Assembly (NCBI GenBank): GCA_009914755.4
Contig: CP086569.2
Span: 8,672,001-8,736,000 of the forward strand
Direction: 5' to 3'
From: the human T2T-CHM13v2.0 reference genome, Homo sapiens
DNA length: 64,000 bases
The notes under the pieces were generated by a model. The model was given only the letters and a program-made list of their open reading frames with translations. It was not told the DNA's origin and did no database searches. Positions 39,598 through 53,537 of the stretch are shown here, in pieces. How positions within the stretch are numbered: position 1 is the stretch's first letter; every line of letters begins with the position of its first letter. The translations under genes were made by a program, and so were the position numbers.

Positions 39598-42500
39598 GAA
39601 TTAGGGATGGGGTTTACAATTGCAGAACAAGGTTTAGGATTACATTGTGAGGTAGGGCTGAGGTTGGGATAGGGGTTAGTACAGTGGTAGGATTAGCTTT
39701 AGAGTTAGAGTTAGGGTCAGGGTTAGGTGTTAGGGTTAGACGTTAGAATCAGTGTTAGAAGTTAGGTTTGGGATTGGGTTATGCTTAGGGTTAAGGTAAA
39801 AATGTAGGCATACAGAAGGGTGTTAGGCATTAGGGTCATGGCCTGGATTAGGATTAGTGTTAAGCTTTATGTAGAGGGTAAGGGTTAGAGGGGTTGTGTT
39901 AGGGTTAGTGTTTGCTTAAGCTTTAGGGTTAGAATTTACCATTAGGATTACTGTTTAGGGTTACATTTAGATTTAGGTTTGGGGTTGAGGATTGGGGTTT
40001 AAGGTTAGGGTTAGCATTTATCATTTATGTTTATGGTTATGGTTAGGTGTAAGATTTACTGTTAGGAATATGGCTAGGGTTTTGGATTTAGGGCTGGCAT
40101 GACTGTTAGGGCTGGGTTAGGGTTAGGGTTAGTCGTCATGGTTAGTGTTACAGTTAGGGTTGGGTTTAGAGTTTAGGAGTAGGGTTAGGGTTTATGGTTA
40201 GGGGACAGTTAGGTGTTAGGGTTAGTGATTAGCATTTACCACTAGGGATAGCATTAAGGTATTTCTAGGGTTAGGGGCAAAGATTAAGGTTAGGTTTATG
40301 GTTTAGGGTTAGTTTGGATTAGGGTTTTGGTCTAGGTTTAGGGGTAGGTGTTGGCTTAGGGGTTAGGTTAAAGATTACAGTTTGGGTTTAGTGTTCTGTG
40401 TAAGAGTTACGGTTTGGTTTTATTGCTAGGTTTAAGATTATGTTAGGAGTATGTTAGTATTAGTGTTAAGATTAGGGGTTTTGGATCAGTATTAGTGTTA
40501 GGGTTATGGGATGTAGTTAAAGTTTTTTTCAGTGTTTTTGGGATTTTGTATTTTACAGTTAGAATTAGAGTTAGATTTAGGCATTAGAGTTAGGTTTCGG
40601 GTTAGTGTCTTAGGCTTAATCTTAGGTTTAGGATTCAGAATAATTGTTATGCTTAGGATAAGCCTTAGGTTTCGGTTTTAGGATTGTGGTTAAGTGTTTG
40701 GTTTAGTATTAGGGTTTAGGGTTAGGGTCAGGGGTTAGGATTAGTGTTGGTGTTTAGTATTAGTGTTCAGGTTGGTTTTGGGTTTTTTTGTTGTTGTCTG
40801 GCTATTGTTAGGATTGTGGATATGGGTTAAGATTTGGGCTAGTGTTGGGTCTGGTTTAAGGCTTGGGTTTAATTTTTAATATTAGGGGTAGGCGTTAGAG
40901 CTTGTTTTATGTTTAGGGTATTGTTTAGCATTAGTGTTATTATTAAGGTTAGAATATAGGCTTAAGGTCCTGTGTTTAAGGGAGGGTATGATTTAGGTTT
41001 ATAAACCGGGTTGGTGTTGGTGTAGGGGTAGGGTTAAAGTTGGGGTATCAGGGTTAGGATTTCGGTAAGGGTTATGTTTGAGGTTAGGGTTGGTGTTAGT
41101 CTTACAGTCAGGGTTAAAGTTCAGGGTTACTGTTAGAGTTGGGTTAAGGTTAGGGGTTACAGTTAGTGTTGGGTTAAGGTGTAGGGTAAGGGTTAGGATT
41201 TATGGTTGAAATTTAAGTTCAAGATTAGAGTTATGGTTCATGATGAGCATTAGAGTTTAAGATTAGTGTTAGGGATCAGCATTTGTGATAAGGTTAGTGT
41301 TAGGAACTAGTGTTATATTTAGTGTTTAGGATGAGAATTAAGAGTTACAGTCAGCCTTTATGGTTTAGGGTTAGGGTTATGGTTAGCTTTCAGGCTTTAC
41401 AGTTTGGGTCATGCCTTAGGTTTAATTTTAGGGTTAAGTTAAGAGTTAGTTTAGTTTTAGTGTTAGGGTTCAGTTTTTATGGTTTTCCAATTAGAGTTAG
41501 GGTTATTGTTAGGCTTATGTTTTGGGGTCAGGGTTATGTTTAGTGTTTTAGGGTTTTATAGTCAGAGTTTCATTTAAGGATTATGGTTTTGTTTTGGGTT
41601 AGGGTTTCAAGGTTAGGATTAGGGTTAGGCATTAGGGTTAGTATTTAGGGTAAGGGTGAGGATTAGGTTATTGGATATGGTAAATTGTAGGTTTAGGATT
41701 ATTGTTAGGGTCAGATGGTTTTGTTTAGGTCTTAAGATTAGGGTTAGTTCTAGGATTTAGGATTAGTCTCAGGGTTTAGTGTTAGGGTTAGGGCTTATTT
41801 TTAGTATTTGGGTTTTTATTGAGTTTGACGTTCCGTGTCTTAGTTTTATGGTGAGAGCCTGGGGTTAGGATTAGGTTTAAGTTTAGAATTATTGTATAAG
41901 GTCATTATTAGAGTTATGGTGGTGGCAGGGTTAGGCTTTATGGTTTTGGTTATGGTTAGTGTTTAGGTTTAGGTTAAGGGGTTAAGGTTATGTTCAATAT
42001 TATGATTACAGTTAGGGTTAGCATTATTGGTTAGGGTTAGTGTTAGGTTTATGGTTAGGGTAGATATTTGGGTAACATTAGGGTTAAAGTCACTGTTAGT
42101 GGTTAGGCTCAGGGCTAGGGTTTAATTTTAGGTTTAGGTTTAGGGTTGGTCTAAGGATTAGTACTAGAATTATGGATTGGGTTTAGGTAACAAGGTTAGG
42201 TTTGGCTTTGGGTTTGAGGTTGGTGTAGGTGTAGGTTTAGGGTAATGTTTAGGGCTAGAATTAGAGTTGTGGGGTTAGCATTAGAGGCTAGTGTTAGTCT
42301 TAGGTTAGTGTTAGTGTCAGGTTTGGGATTCAGGTTTAGTGGCTAGGGTAGAATTAAGTGTTAGGGGTTATGGTTAGTGTTAGGGGTAGGATTTTAGTGC
42401 TAGTATTAGGTTTTAAGGGAGTATTGGTAGAGATGGGTTAGTTATTGTTTTATGGTTAGGGTTAGTTTTTTGGGGTTAGGGTTTGGGTTTTATGGTTGGG

Positions 42501-42777
42501 TTTTGGGTTCAGTTCATGGTATGTTTGGGTTGCTGCTGAGTTATGGTTATTATCAGGGTCAGGGTCAGGTTCAGGTGTCAGCATTAGGATTTAGTGTTGG
42601 GATTGGGTTTTGGTTTTTGGTTTGTGTGAGGGGTTAGGCATTAAGATTAGGCATAGTGTTGATGTTGGGGTTGAGGTTGGAGTTTAGGCTTGCTGTTAGA
42701 TCTAGGGTTTTTTGGTTAGGTTTAGGGGTAGGGGTTGGGGTAAGGTTAATGTTACAGTTAGGTTTAGGGTTAGGGTA
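39598..42777 (+). repeat. About 3.2 kb of highly degenerate telomere-like hexamer array: (TTAGGG)n / GTTAGG variants with the G-rich strand on +.
   Basis: Almost cytosine-free G/T/A sequence built from the hexamers gttagg, tttagg, gtcagg, attagg and gttatg. Examples are gggttagggttagtcgtcatggttagtgttacagttagggttgggttt and ggtttagggttagggtagtcctg at the right edge. Confidence 0.85.
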
Positions 42778-45249
42778 GTCCTGAAAAACTGGGTACTGCC
42801 TCTGGAATCCTGGAAAAATTTTTATATGTACAGTTGTTACAGTTTCTTTTCTCACAGAGGGAGGCTGAGACCCATGAATTCTTAGCCTGGTTCATGTCAC
42901 CTGGGACCATCGGGCTGAAGGCCGTGTCCACTTCTGTACTTTACAGTCTTGCTTATAGCACACATGAGCTGTGCTTCTCCCTCCAGGCCAGTGTTTATTA
43001 TGGGCCACCAGAACCAGATTCCCAGGGAATGGGTGTCTCTCTTGTGTAGGAGCTGAGACCAGGTTGGCTCAAGTCAGTTTCCCAGTAAGGACAGAATTGT
43101 GGAAGACATAGGATTTGAGGGGGAGCAGTCCCTCAAATAGAAGAAGTAATGATTTTCTCCATGGGAGTATTCCATCCACCACAAGGCCACACCTTGATGA
43201 AGCTCATGAAAACATATTCTACTCTGACCCATACTGATCTCTCCCTGGCCACCCTTGGACCACAGATCTGCTTCTGTTACTAAACTTTAGCTGAATTTTA
43301 TAGAGTTTCAGGTAGATATGGTAAGTCTTTGGGTCTCCGTGTTTTGTTCTGATTTGGCTCCTTTTATTCAGCACTGCTGCTTTGAGAGTCACCCTGTGGT
43401 GAGTGCATAAGCAATCCATTCCTTTGCATGCTGAGCCACATTCCAGGGTGTGGATATGCTACAGCTTGTTCACCCTTCTCCTGTGGATGAGGGTTTGGGG
43501 CTCTCAGTTGGGACTAGTATACATGGGACTACCATGAACATTTTTTATGTATATAGCCTGTGAACTTGTCTTCATTTCTCATGGTTCATTTTATGAGTAC
43601 AGTGGCCACATCATGTCCTGGTAGGTATGAACTGACTTTAATAAGGAACCACTGATTCTTGTCCTAAGTGTTTGATCTATTCCCTGCTTTCTCTCCTGCT
43701 TCCCCTACTTTAGTCATAATCATCCCTTGTCTCCTTCACACTTCAGTGCAGTAACTTTTTAGCACACTGCCCTTTCTTTACATTTGAAGTCACCAGCTTT
43801 TTCTCCATGTGCTTGCTCTGATGCCCTCTCTAAACTTGCATTCTCTGACCTGTGTGTTACACAATCCCCTCCAAAAACCCTACATATGAAAGGATTTTGG
43901 GAAAAGATTCTGTTACCTAATGAGTATCAGATACCTACATTGGCTCTGGATGGGGGAAAGAAGACTGGGTGGGTCTTGACACCCATTGTCCCAGAAGATA
44001 GAGCTCATCATCGTTGATAAAAAGAAGTCTGGGTGTGTCCTGGATACATGTTCATGTGACTCACAAACTTTTTCTAAATGACACCTGGAGACCTGGCTGT
44101 GGGCTGGAAACTGAGTATGAGTCCACTTGGATGCTGTGTGATTACAGGTAAGTCACTCAGTCACCTGATCCTGGCTGTCCCTTTGCACATGGGATGACCC
44201 ATTTCTTGCAGAGTTGCTGTTAGTTCACCTGAGCAAGACAGCTGCCTGTGGTGGTGCTCAGAAAAAGCTAATTTAAATTTGTTGAAATGGGACAAACCAT
44301 GGATATTAAGTGTTGAGGTCTGGAGTACAGCAGAAAAAGATTCAGAAGACCTTGTAAACCCTGAGGAGGTATCACTGATCACTGGCTGTCTGTGAAGGCA
44401 GCAGAGGAAAAGTGACCTGGGGTTGGAAATGGCCAGTTAGTTGGTCTGTTACAGATAGTTACACAGAAATGAGTGGGGCAGGAGAGGTTTCTCCCCTCCC
44501 ACCCACCTACCAGGAATGTCAGGTCATTGGGTGATGGTTGGACAGTTTTCATATTGCCTCTCTAAAAATGATAATTTAGCAGCTGGAGCCAGAGAGGTAC
44601 AAGCTTCTACTGATCCACAGCTGTTAACATTAAAGTGTTAATTAAATGCAGGCACCAGGGAGAAGAAAAAAGGGCTTCCAATAAAATCTCAGTTATTGGG
44701 CAAGTGAGCTCAGGCATACACATTAAGAGACAAACCCTCAGCGTATGACTTTCAGAGATCACTTTTTAATAAACGTCCTCTCCTGCTGTGAAACTTCCCT
44801 TAGTATCTTTTGCTGCTTTATAGTCCTCAGTCAAAGTCTTTCTTCTGAGAAGGCAAGAATTGTGGTTACTGCAGACCTGGATGGATTCGCCACCAGTAAC
44901 TCAGATATCTTCCACTGTTAACAGGTCTAGGAGCTGGTGGACAGTGTGGCTGGAGTATGTGTCCAGAATGGGTTTGGCCAGGCTCCAGGCCATTCTGGAC
45001 TGTGGAGGGACTTGAACCCCAAGGTGATGGCACCCCATGGAGAGAGCTCACCCTGGTTGGAGAATGCTGGGAAAGGAATTTTGTCTTTTTATCGAGGTAA
45101 AATTTCCATAACATAAAATTAACTTTCTAGATGAATAATTCAGTGACCTTTAGTACATGCACATTTCTGGGCAACTACCACCTCTTAGTTCCAATTTTTA
45201 TTATCCCAAAAGGAAATCCCCTACCTACTAAAGAGGTACTTCCCAATCT

Positions 45250-46130
<881 letters not shown>

Positions 46131-46189
46131 CTATTTTTTCTTTTTCTTCTGTTCATAGAATCATTGACAAACCCAGAATCAATAAGCAC

Positions 46190-46440
46190 ATTAAAATATG
46201 CTCAACATCACTAGCCATAAGCTAAACGAATACCTCAATCACAATGAGATTACCACGTTTTACCCATTGGAACATCTATTTTTTTTTAAGGAAGAGTTGG
46301 AGAGTATGTGGAAAAAGTAGAACTCTTGTGCATTGCTGGTGAGAAAGTGAGATGGTGGTGATGGTTGCACAACTTGAGAATAGTTAATTTCACTGAAATA
46401 CTCACTTAAAATGTTTGAAATGGTAAATTTTGTTATGTAT
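46190..46440 (+). mobile_element. L1 ORF2 fragment in sense orientation on the plus strand.
   Basis: aaaatatgctcaacatcact...aatcacaatgagattaccacg...gaagagttggagagtatgtggaaaaagtagaactcttgtgcattgctggtgagaaagtgagatggtg is collinear with L1 sense ...aaaagatgctcaacatcactaatcattagggaaatgcaaatcaaaaccacaatgagatacca...tggagaaaagggaaccctcgtgcactgttggtgggaatgtaaattggtgcag. Confidence 0.7.
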
Positions 46441-46739
46441 GTTTTATCTCATACAACAAATTTTTCTCAGAACTGTTCCTAAGATAGTTCTATGTGTGAA
46501 GAAAGAAGATGCTCCACTCCTAGGATGAGTAGGAGCCTTTTTATTTATGCTGGTACTACATACTCTTGGCTCTTCCATATGCCCAGCATGATCGCACCAG
46601 CCAGAGGAGTTGACTCCCACCTGGCCCATTTATGCCTCTTTCTATCAGCCTGTTCTCCTATTCAGCTCACTACCTGCCACCTACAAAGCACTGTAAATTA
46701 CAGGTCAGTTTACCATCTCTGTACACATTTCTTCTCTAT

Positions 46740-46920
46740 AATGTCACGGAAATGGGATCATACAATATGTGGTCTCTTCAGACTGGGTTTTTCTGCTTTG
46801 CTTTTTATACATACGATGCATTCATGGCTTTGCATGACCTCATAAATCATCCTATTGTCTTGATGAATAGTATTCTATTTCATGGATTTACCTGGCTTGG
46901 TTATTATTTAAGGGTATCCT
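46740..46920 (-). mobile_element. Second L1 antisense ORF2-C-terminal fragment.
   Basis: cacggaaatgggatcatacaatatgtggtctcttcagactgggtttttctgctttgc...catggatttacctggcttgg matches L1 antisense ataaatggaatcatacaatatgtggtcttttgtgactggcttctttcac. Confidence 0.6.
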
Positions 46921-47607
46921 GATTCCTTAAAGTATTTGGCCATTATCAAGAGAGCAGGTATACAAAATTGCATGTGGTTTTTGGTTAAATGTGAGTTTCC
47001 AAAGTTGTTGTCTAAATACTTAAGTCTGCAAATGTTAGCCTATATGGTGAGGCTATGTTTAGCTTTGGAAAAAAAAAACTGCCAAAATTGTGGCAGAAGA
47101 AATAATATCTTTTAACTTTGCTGTACAATTATGCATTCCACCAGCAAAGAACAAGCATTCCTTTCACCGTTTTCATTGCATTTAAAAAAATTTTAGACAT
47201 ATTATAATATTATAGATGTTCAGTGCTCTCATTGTTAATTTGCTTTCCCCTGACAGCAAGTGATTTTTGGCATTATTTCATTGTTATTGTTTGTTCATTA
47301 TTCTATGACTGCTGCCAAAAAGCATGCATGTGCTGTGCCAAAGAGAAAGAATTTTAAAAATATGCACTCTAAGCTCTACCTAGTAAAAACTTAAAAAAAA
47401 AATGCTAGTACACATAATCATTTATCCTGTTATTTGTTCTAATTTTATGGTTACTAGAAGGAGATAGTAAACTCTAGCTAATGAGACAATGTGGTGAATT
47501 AATCTGATGCGTCATAATATAGAGAACACTTTCAGTCAAGTGATTATTTTACTGGTGTTAAGGGAGCAACAGGAATTCTTTAGCACAAGTTGTTTGTGTG
47601 GGATATT

Positions 47608-47880
47608 TTTCCCTCTCACCCAGGCTGGAATACAACGGTGCAATCTTGGCTCACTGCAACCTCTGCCTCCTGGGTTCATGCAATTCTCCTATCTCAGCCT
47701 CCTGAGTAGTTACAATTACAGGAGACTACCACCACACTCATCTATTTTTTTAATTTTATTTTTAGTAGAGACACTGTTTCCCCATATTGGCCAGTGTTGT
47801 CTCAGACAATTGACAGGTGATCCACCCTCCTCAGCATTTCAAAGTGCTGGGATTACAGGCATGAGCCACTGTGCCCAGCT
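47608..47880 (-). mobile_element. Alu.
   Basis: ctctcacccaggctggaatacaacggtgcaatcttggctcactgcaacctctgcctcctgggttcatgc...gtgctgggattacaggcatgagccactgtgcccagc. Confidence 0.9.
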
Positions 47881-48406
47881 GAGTCAGTTATTTTATCCCT
47901 TTATGGAGGAAAGTTTGGGTTGAAAACCAACCTTCTAATACTTATAAGTGCCTCAAGGCTGTTAGGATAAAAATAAATCTTCCAACCTAAGGATACTTGG
48001 CAGCCTCTAGAACTTTAAGAAAAGCTGAGAAATGAAACATCCAGCTTCCATCTCATTTCAGGAGAGCATCACCAGTGCCTGGGGGACTCTTGGGCCCTGG
48101 AGAAAGGGCAGAGCTGGGGTATGTGGGGATAGCCTTTGGAGCCACTGCTGCTCTGGCAGACACTGCTGCTCTTTAGGGGCATGGAACCTCAGCCTTCAGC
48201 AGAAGCAGCAGGAGATCAGTGAGCAATGTTTTGTGTGCCTGTTTTCCACCTCCATTATCTTCCTTAAGTGAGGTATCTATTCAGGTATTTTCCTTTTAAT
48301 TGTGTTATATTCTTCAGTTTTAGAGTTTCTTTGTATATTTTGCATTCAAGTCATTTTTCAGCCTGTGGCTTTTTGGTTCTCTTTGGATCCTATTTCTTTT
48401 CCTTTT

Positions 48407-48697
48407 TTTTTTTTTAGACAGAGTCCTGCCCTGTCACCTTGGCTGGAGTGCAATGGTGTGATCTCAGCCCAGTGCAACCTCTGGCTCTCAGGTTCAAAGG
48501 ATTCTCCTGCTTCGACCTCAAGAGTACCTGGAATGTCATGTGACTGCCACCACGCCCAGCTAATTTTGTCGTATTTTAGCAGAGAACATCTTTCACCATG
48601 TTAGCCATGCTGATGTGGAACTCCTGACCTAAGGTGATCTGCCCACCTCAGCCTCCCAAAGTGCTAGGATTTCAAATGTGAGCCACCATGCCTGACT
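48407..48697 (-). mobile_element. Alu.
   Basis: A poly-T run followed by agacagagtcctgccctgtcaccttggctggagtgcaatggtgtgatctcagcccagtgcaacc...cctcccaaagtgctaggatttcaaatgtgagccaccatgcctgac. Confidence 0.9.
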
Positions 48698-49269
48698 TTA
48701 AAAACGTGTTTTACGGAGTAGATATTTCAAATTTTAATAAAGGCTACATTATCAATTTTTATTTCTTTCATAGACTGGACAATAACTCAATACCAAATCC
48801 AAGGATATGCAGATTTTCTTCTCTTACAAATTTACCTTAGAAAATTTCAATGTATGAATACTTTTGAGTAATTTTTTTCAGGAAAACTATGAAGTTTGTG
48901 TCTATGTTTATTTTTTTCATATAGTTTCCAATTGTTCTGTTGCCACTTGTGGAACAGATTTATCTTTTCCATTGAAAACTCTTTGTGCCATTGACAAAAT
49001 CTGTTGAGTTGGGTCTGTTTGGGGGTTGCCAATTCAGTTCCACTTATCTACTTGTCTATTAAATCATCAATGCCACACTCTATTGCTCTAGCTTAGTGTA
49101 AGTATTCTGACCCAGATGTGTAAGTTTTTTAACTTTGTCCTTCCTCAGCCTTATTTCATTCATTGTAATTTTAGGAAAAGTTTGTCAATGTCTTTGCCTG
49201 GATTTTGATTGGGATTTGGCAGAAAAAATAATTAGCGTACTGCTCCTAAACAAAAAACTTCTTCCCTAT

Positions 49270-49440
49270 ATTTATTGAGACAAAGTCTCACTTTGTCACC
49301 CAAGTTAGAATGCAGTGGCAAGATCTTAGGTCACTGAGATTATCTGACCTAAGCACCCCAAGTAGCTTGGACCACAGGTGTGCAACACCACGTTTGGCTT
49401 ATTTTTTTGTATTTTTGGTAGAGATGAGATTTTACTGTGG
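49270..49440 (-). mobile_element. Partial, diverged Alu.
   Basis: gagacaaagtctcactttgtcacccaagttagaatgcagtggcaagatcttaggtcactgag...tggaccacaggtgtgcaacaccacg. Confidence 0.7.
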
Positions 49441-50099
49441 AATGAGGAGGCCCAGAGAGGTCTTGGGGTAGAGGAGGATTTTTACTGAGTGCACTCACAC
49501 TCAGTGGACTCAACATCCAAAAAGCTGGGCCCAGAATAAAGACAACAGTTGACTTACACACACTTCAAAAACGGGGTAGGCTAGCTTGAAGCAGGCTTAC
49601 AGCTACAGTGGCACAAAAGCAAGTTTACAGAGGCAGAACAATTTATCAAATTGAGACAGGTTCATAACTCAGAATTACACATGACCATTGCCAAGCAATC
49701 CAGATATCTATTATCTAGGTTTTGCTCTAAAGAGCCTTGCATTGGTTTATCTTATAACTTTCTCTATGATGCCCAGACAGCTGTGGTTCAGGTCTGCTCA
49801 GGCTTCTTGTGACCTTCACTGTACTTCTTTGATAAAACAGAATACTTGAAGTTACTAGCTACAGAGAACAAGAATCTACAAACTCATACACCAAAACAAA
49901 GCAAAATTTGTTTTTCTACTCCCTGTGTTGGCGGAGTGCTGGGAGAGTCTCCAGAGCACATTGCTTTGTGTATGAGCATCTCAGATAGTGTTTACCAAGA
50001 CTTTTCCTGAGTCTGATATGTGACTGTTGCTGCCTGCGGGACAGATCAGCCTAATACAGGAATGCTTACTTCTTTTTCTTTTTAATTTTAATTTTCTTT

Positions 50100-50232
50100 A
50101 TATCTCCAATTTCCCACCTCAGTTTCATCATGTAGCCCAGTCAGGTCTCTAACTCATGGATTCAAGTGATCTGCCTGCATCAGCCTCTGGAAGTGTTGTA
50201 ATTACAGTTGTGTGCCACCATGCCTGGCCTGT
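50100..50232 (-). mobile_element. Partial Alu (right-arm region).
   Basis: tcatcatgtagcccagtcaggtctctaactcatggattcaagtgatctgcctgcatcagcctctggaagtgttgtaattacagttgtgtgccaccatgcctggcc. Confidence 0.7.
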
Positions 50233-50327
50233 CTGCATTTATTTATATTTCTTTTGATTTATCTCAATGGTGACTCATGGCTTTCCAAATGAATTTTGCA
50301 TATTTTGTTACATTTATACTTAATGGA

Positions 50328-50848
50328 CGTGGTAGCACTCCTTACCAGGTGCTGGGGTCTGACTTGCAGACCCTGACCCAGCAATGGATGAGTTAAGTAC
50401 TGTGACACAAAACTATTCTGTTTTGCCAGTCCAGCTGAGTGCATGTGGCACTTACAGATTCCCTGGAGAGTACTGTAAACACTTGTGACTTCAGCCTCCA
50501 TCAGTCAGTGAGATTTGCATTTATTTGGTAAAGATTAATTGACAAAGGTAGGGAGTAAACACCACTAGAAGATAGCTGACACTGTGGATTTCCTGAGTAG
50601 AAAGCAAGTAAGCACCCATGGTACATCAAAGGTTTGTTTTATCTGGGTACACAAGCTAGCCATGTAAACTACTCTGCCTTTCTTTGTACCCACTTTAAGC
50701 TGTTTACTCAAGGTAAGGATTAGATTGCCTTCAGCTGTAACCTTATCCTGAGACTTTTGTAAAAACTTCCAGGCCTTCCAAGAAGGTTTGTGTTTATTTA
50801 TATAACTATGTCTAAAATATTTCCCACCAGACTGATTAAATTCCTACA
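50328..50848 (-). mobile_element. 3' LTR (relative to the minus-strand provirus) of a class-II HERV-K-like ERV, about 519 bp.
   Basis: A direct repeat of 53538-54058 at roughly 82-85% identity. It runs from (c/t)gtggtagcactcct to ...tccctaca, giving TG...CA termini on the minus strand. Confidence 0.75.
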
Positions 50849-51749
50849 TCTCCCTCTTTTCATTTTTGAATCATGTCCTTTTGATTGGAAACTGTAGATG
50901 TGTGCAGGAACAGTTTTTTTCAGGTGAGGCAGTCATTGCTCTTATTCTGGCTTTGCATCCTAGAATTGGAAAATAACAGAAAACAATCATAAGTACAATT
51001 AGCAACATTCTTTTCCAATCAAAGTGTGACCTGGTACTTCAGTTTGATAAGTGCTGTTACTAAGGAACCCCACTGGGGGTTTGTTAACTCCTTCCAGGCA
51101 AGCAGTTATGTTATTAGAAGCTGGAAAGGGAGTGTATCCCCAGATGACAGGGCTGAAAAATGTCAGATTTAGAAGATGGGCTTATTAGAGTGTAGCAGGT
51201 ACAGGTAGTAGGCACAGTGAGAGACTAAAAAGAAATAAATTAGCTGAAGTGAAAGGTGTCTGTGTCCAGAGCAGGATTTGTTTAGTCTTCTGTTTCTTCA
51301 GCATAATGCCTGGGACCTGTGTCCTCTGTGGAAGCCACATCATTTGGGGCTGTGGGTCTTGCACGGCTAATGCCTTCATTTCTGGTAGCAGATTGAGTCC
51401 TGGCCTTGCCATGGAATGGTTTGATGCTTTGTATTGGAATCCAAAGAGGACCTGAGGGGGTGTGGACAAAAGCATACCTTCTTCTCCATGTTAATAATTC
51501 ACTAGGTCCACACAATTCATTACCGTTTACATCCTTCTATAAAACTGAAGGTTTTATGCCTTGAGAGGTTTTAGCAAATTGCTTTTCTACAGCTGATGGA
51601 TAAATAAGGCTTTGCCAATAATGTTACAGCGTCTTTACCACTTCTGCCTTTTTTTTTTGTTTTTTGAGCACATTTTTAAAGGTGAAGTTGGCATGTTCTA
51701 CTATTGCTTGTCCTTGGGGGTTATAGGGGATACCTGTGGAATGTTGCAT

Positions 51750-52400
51750 ATCCCAAGTGTGACAAAATTGTTGAAATTGTGAGCTGGCATAAGCTGTACC
51801 ATTATCAGTCTTAATTTTTGTGGGTCATTCCATAAATGCAAAAGTTAAAATAAGATGTTTAATGACATATAGAGTTGACTCTCCAGGCAGAGTATGTGGA
51901 CTAATTAAATGAGTGTTGGAGTCAACTGATACATGTACATATCTTATTTTTCCTAATTCAAGGATGTGTGTACATCTGTTTGCCATAACTTATTAGGTTC
52001 TAGTCCTCTAGGGTTAACACCTGTTGAAGGAGGGAATGTGTCTGTAAGCTAGCAATCTGGGCATTGTAGGATAATGTGTTTAGCCAGTCTCTGGGTAAGT
52101 TTAAATTGTTTAGATAAGTTTCTCCAATTTTGGTGGAAAAATTGATGCGATTGGGTGACTTGGTCAAGCAGTGATGTCATAACTTGAAGGTCTGCTTGAT
52201 TATTGCCATAAGACAATGGGTCAGGCAGAGAGCTGTATACTTAAATATGTGCAATAAAATAGGATGTGTACTTTGGTCTCACCATTGCTGAAGACAGAAA
52301 AAATGAACACATATGGTAGAGTGTAGAGTGGACTTACTAAGGGCTGTAAAAGCTTTTTAGAGTCAATATAAAGGTTTTAACTTTAGCTTTCTGATTGCTA
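51750..52400 (-). pseudogene. Retroviral integrase remnant (zinc-finger-like N-terminus plus catalytic core), betaretrovirus/HERV-K-like.
   Basis: Minus-strand translation gives ...AKHIILQCPDC..., GVNPRGLEPNKLWQTDVHTS... and [50 protein letters not shown]. These carry the class-II integrase signature DNGxAY...[13 protein letters not shown]. The frame is interrupted by stops. Confidence 0.75.
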
Positions 52401-53537
52401 GTAAACTCAGACTGAGTTAGTGAATTATGTGGTGTCTACTAGACTTCTGCCTTTCCATGTTGATCAGAACCAAGTGTAAACAGTGTTAAAGCATTAGGTA
52501 TGAGGGAGTGAACTATTTTGTCAGTAAAGCATTTACTAGACTTTTGGGAATCACAAATTGGCTGAATATCAAGGGCTGTTAGTAGAATATCACCTATAAG
52601 ATGAATGACTTTGCAATCAGGAAACTCTATTCTAGTGGGGAGGAAAGTTCACTTGTAATTATTCCTTAGCTAACCCATGGTCCTATTGTAATGTCTCTCC
52701 CTTTAGAGGTTATTTTTTTATTTCAATTGGATTTGGAGAGAATCATGTTAGGTGTAAGGAGAGGTAATGGTGGCCACAATTAGAAAGAGGGTTTTCAAAT
52801 TCTTACATTTTACTTAAATCTTAGTAGAGCATCATAATCTGGGATGTCACCTGTAAACAAGAAACAAGGTATTTTGCTGTGGGTGTGTCTCCTGTACAGC
52901 TAGAGAGCTGACCAGGAGGGTCCCTGAGTGGTGGCTGCTTTGCACTTGTAAAGGTGCTGCTTTTCTTCCTTTGCTGGCTTTTTGCTTGTGCCACTTCGTT
53001 CACTGCTGGACAGCTTTTGCCCGCCACTGAGGGAAGAGGAAGTGATAAGGCAGGTGACATTCTCTCCTGCTTCCCCTTTTTAGACTCTTCTGTGTATAAC
53101 AGAAACAAGGCTGCTCTAATTAAAGCCCATAATATTAAAGCTGTTACTTGGAACTGTTGCCTTTGCTTCTGATGTTGTTTAAGATTTTTCCCCACTTTTC
53201 CCAGAGTTCTATGTCTAGCATTCCTTCTTCTAGGAATCATGGGCTTTGCATTAAACAGTTTGCATTAGTTGGTCCCTTAATTGAGCCTGCAAAAGTGATG
53301 CTCTGTTAGCCTTAAGCATTGTTTCAACACTTTTATTTACTGTTTCTCTTCAGTTGATAACTGCTGTATCACGATGAGACCTCAGCTTGACCAATCCTCT
53401 CTGAACTTGGAAAGCCCAAGTGGGCACCAATGACTTACTGATTACTCAGTGACTTGACTGTGCAGTCCCTCTTCACCTTCATGTTTGGGGGATCCATCAC
53501 ATTCCCTTCACAGTGTTCCTCAGACAAGGGCACCAAC

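Noticed and set aside
39167-39604. 145-aa ORF encoding poly-Arg, poly-Glu and poly-Lys.
   Set aside because: It is a pure translation artefact of the (GAA)n/(GGA)n microsatellite in three registers.
39598-42777. Possibility that the TTAGGG-like block is a true terminal telomere or an assembly end.
   Set aside because: The repeats are far too degenerate for a functional telomere. Ordinary unique and repeat DNA continues for 21 kb beyond it on the G-strand 3' side.
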